A stretch of DNA of 29,069 nucleotides from Promethearchaeia archaeon. GTDB taxonomy: Archaea > Asgardarchaeota > Lokiarchaeia > Sigyniarchaeales > SOKP01. The stretch's first letter is position 1. Each line of letters starts with the position of its first letter. The translations under genes and the position numbers were made by a program. The notes under the pieces were generated by a model. It did no database searches and was not told where the DNA came from. It saw nothing but the letters and a program-made list of their open reading frames with translations. Below, in pieces: positions 28,930-29,069 of the stretch. Location of the stretch: NCBI GenBank assembly GCA_029856155.1, contig JAHQWL010000065.1, positions 1-29,069 on the forward strand, written 5' to 3'.

Positions 28930-28982
28930 ATATAGTTTTTATTGCGGAACTTTATACAAAGTTCGAACTAAGAAGGAAGTTA
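28930..28982 (-). promoter_or_regulatory. BRE/TATA promoter with two abutting GAAC-N10-GTTC-like operators (copy 2)
   Basis: AAAAACTATAT (minus, 28940-28930); palindrome GAACTTT-ATAC-AAAGTTC 28947-28964; GAAC-N10-GTTA 28965-28982. Confidence 0.75.
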
Positions 28983-29069
28983 TGAAATAAAATTAAATAG
29001 TTATTGTTCTATTAAATCAGGTTTAGGATTAATACAGAATAAAGAATTCATGTATTAAAGGTTCAAGAG

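Noticed and set aside
1-29069. CRISPR arrays, rRNA, transposases or integrases
   Set aside because: No repeat-spacer periodicity or recognisable motifs; the periodicity in 330-2657 is protein repeat coding

Overview
AT-rich archaeal DNA, very probably Asgard (Lokiarchaeia-like). This is inferred from two Rab-like small GTPases lacking prenylation tails, wHTH-TPR and TPR-Cys8 zinc-finger proteins, a stand-alone GMP synthase B subunit and BRE/TATA promoters. Metabolic genes: partial BKACE, kdgK, GH5, GH20, GMP synthase B, pirin, amidohydrolase, 4-hydroxybutyryl-CoA dehydratase, oligoendopeptidase F. Main observations beyond the ORF track: (1) a 2.75 kb two-gene cassette (secreted caspase/CHAT-fold protease + Pro10 + hydrophobic domain, then a multi-TM protein) inserted into one copy of a duplicated small-gene/amidohydrolase unit, resembling a self-processing membrane toxin with immunity gene; (2) an unannotated ~97-nt GC-rich minus-strand RNA with a kink-turn and GNRA loop; (3) the promoter of that RNA, with tandem GAAC-N10-GTTC palindromes, recurs 7.3 kb away ahead of two unannotated micro-ORFs; (4) probable ATA/ATT start codons and an in-frame TGA in a gene of the GTPase locus. 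All calls are by eye; no searches or folding programs were run.
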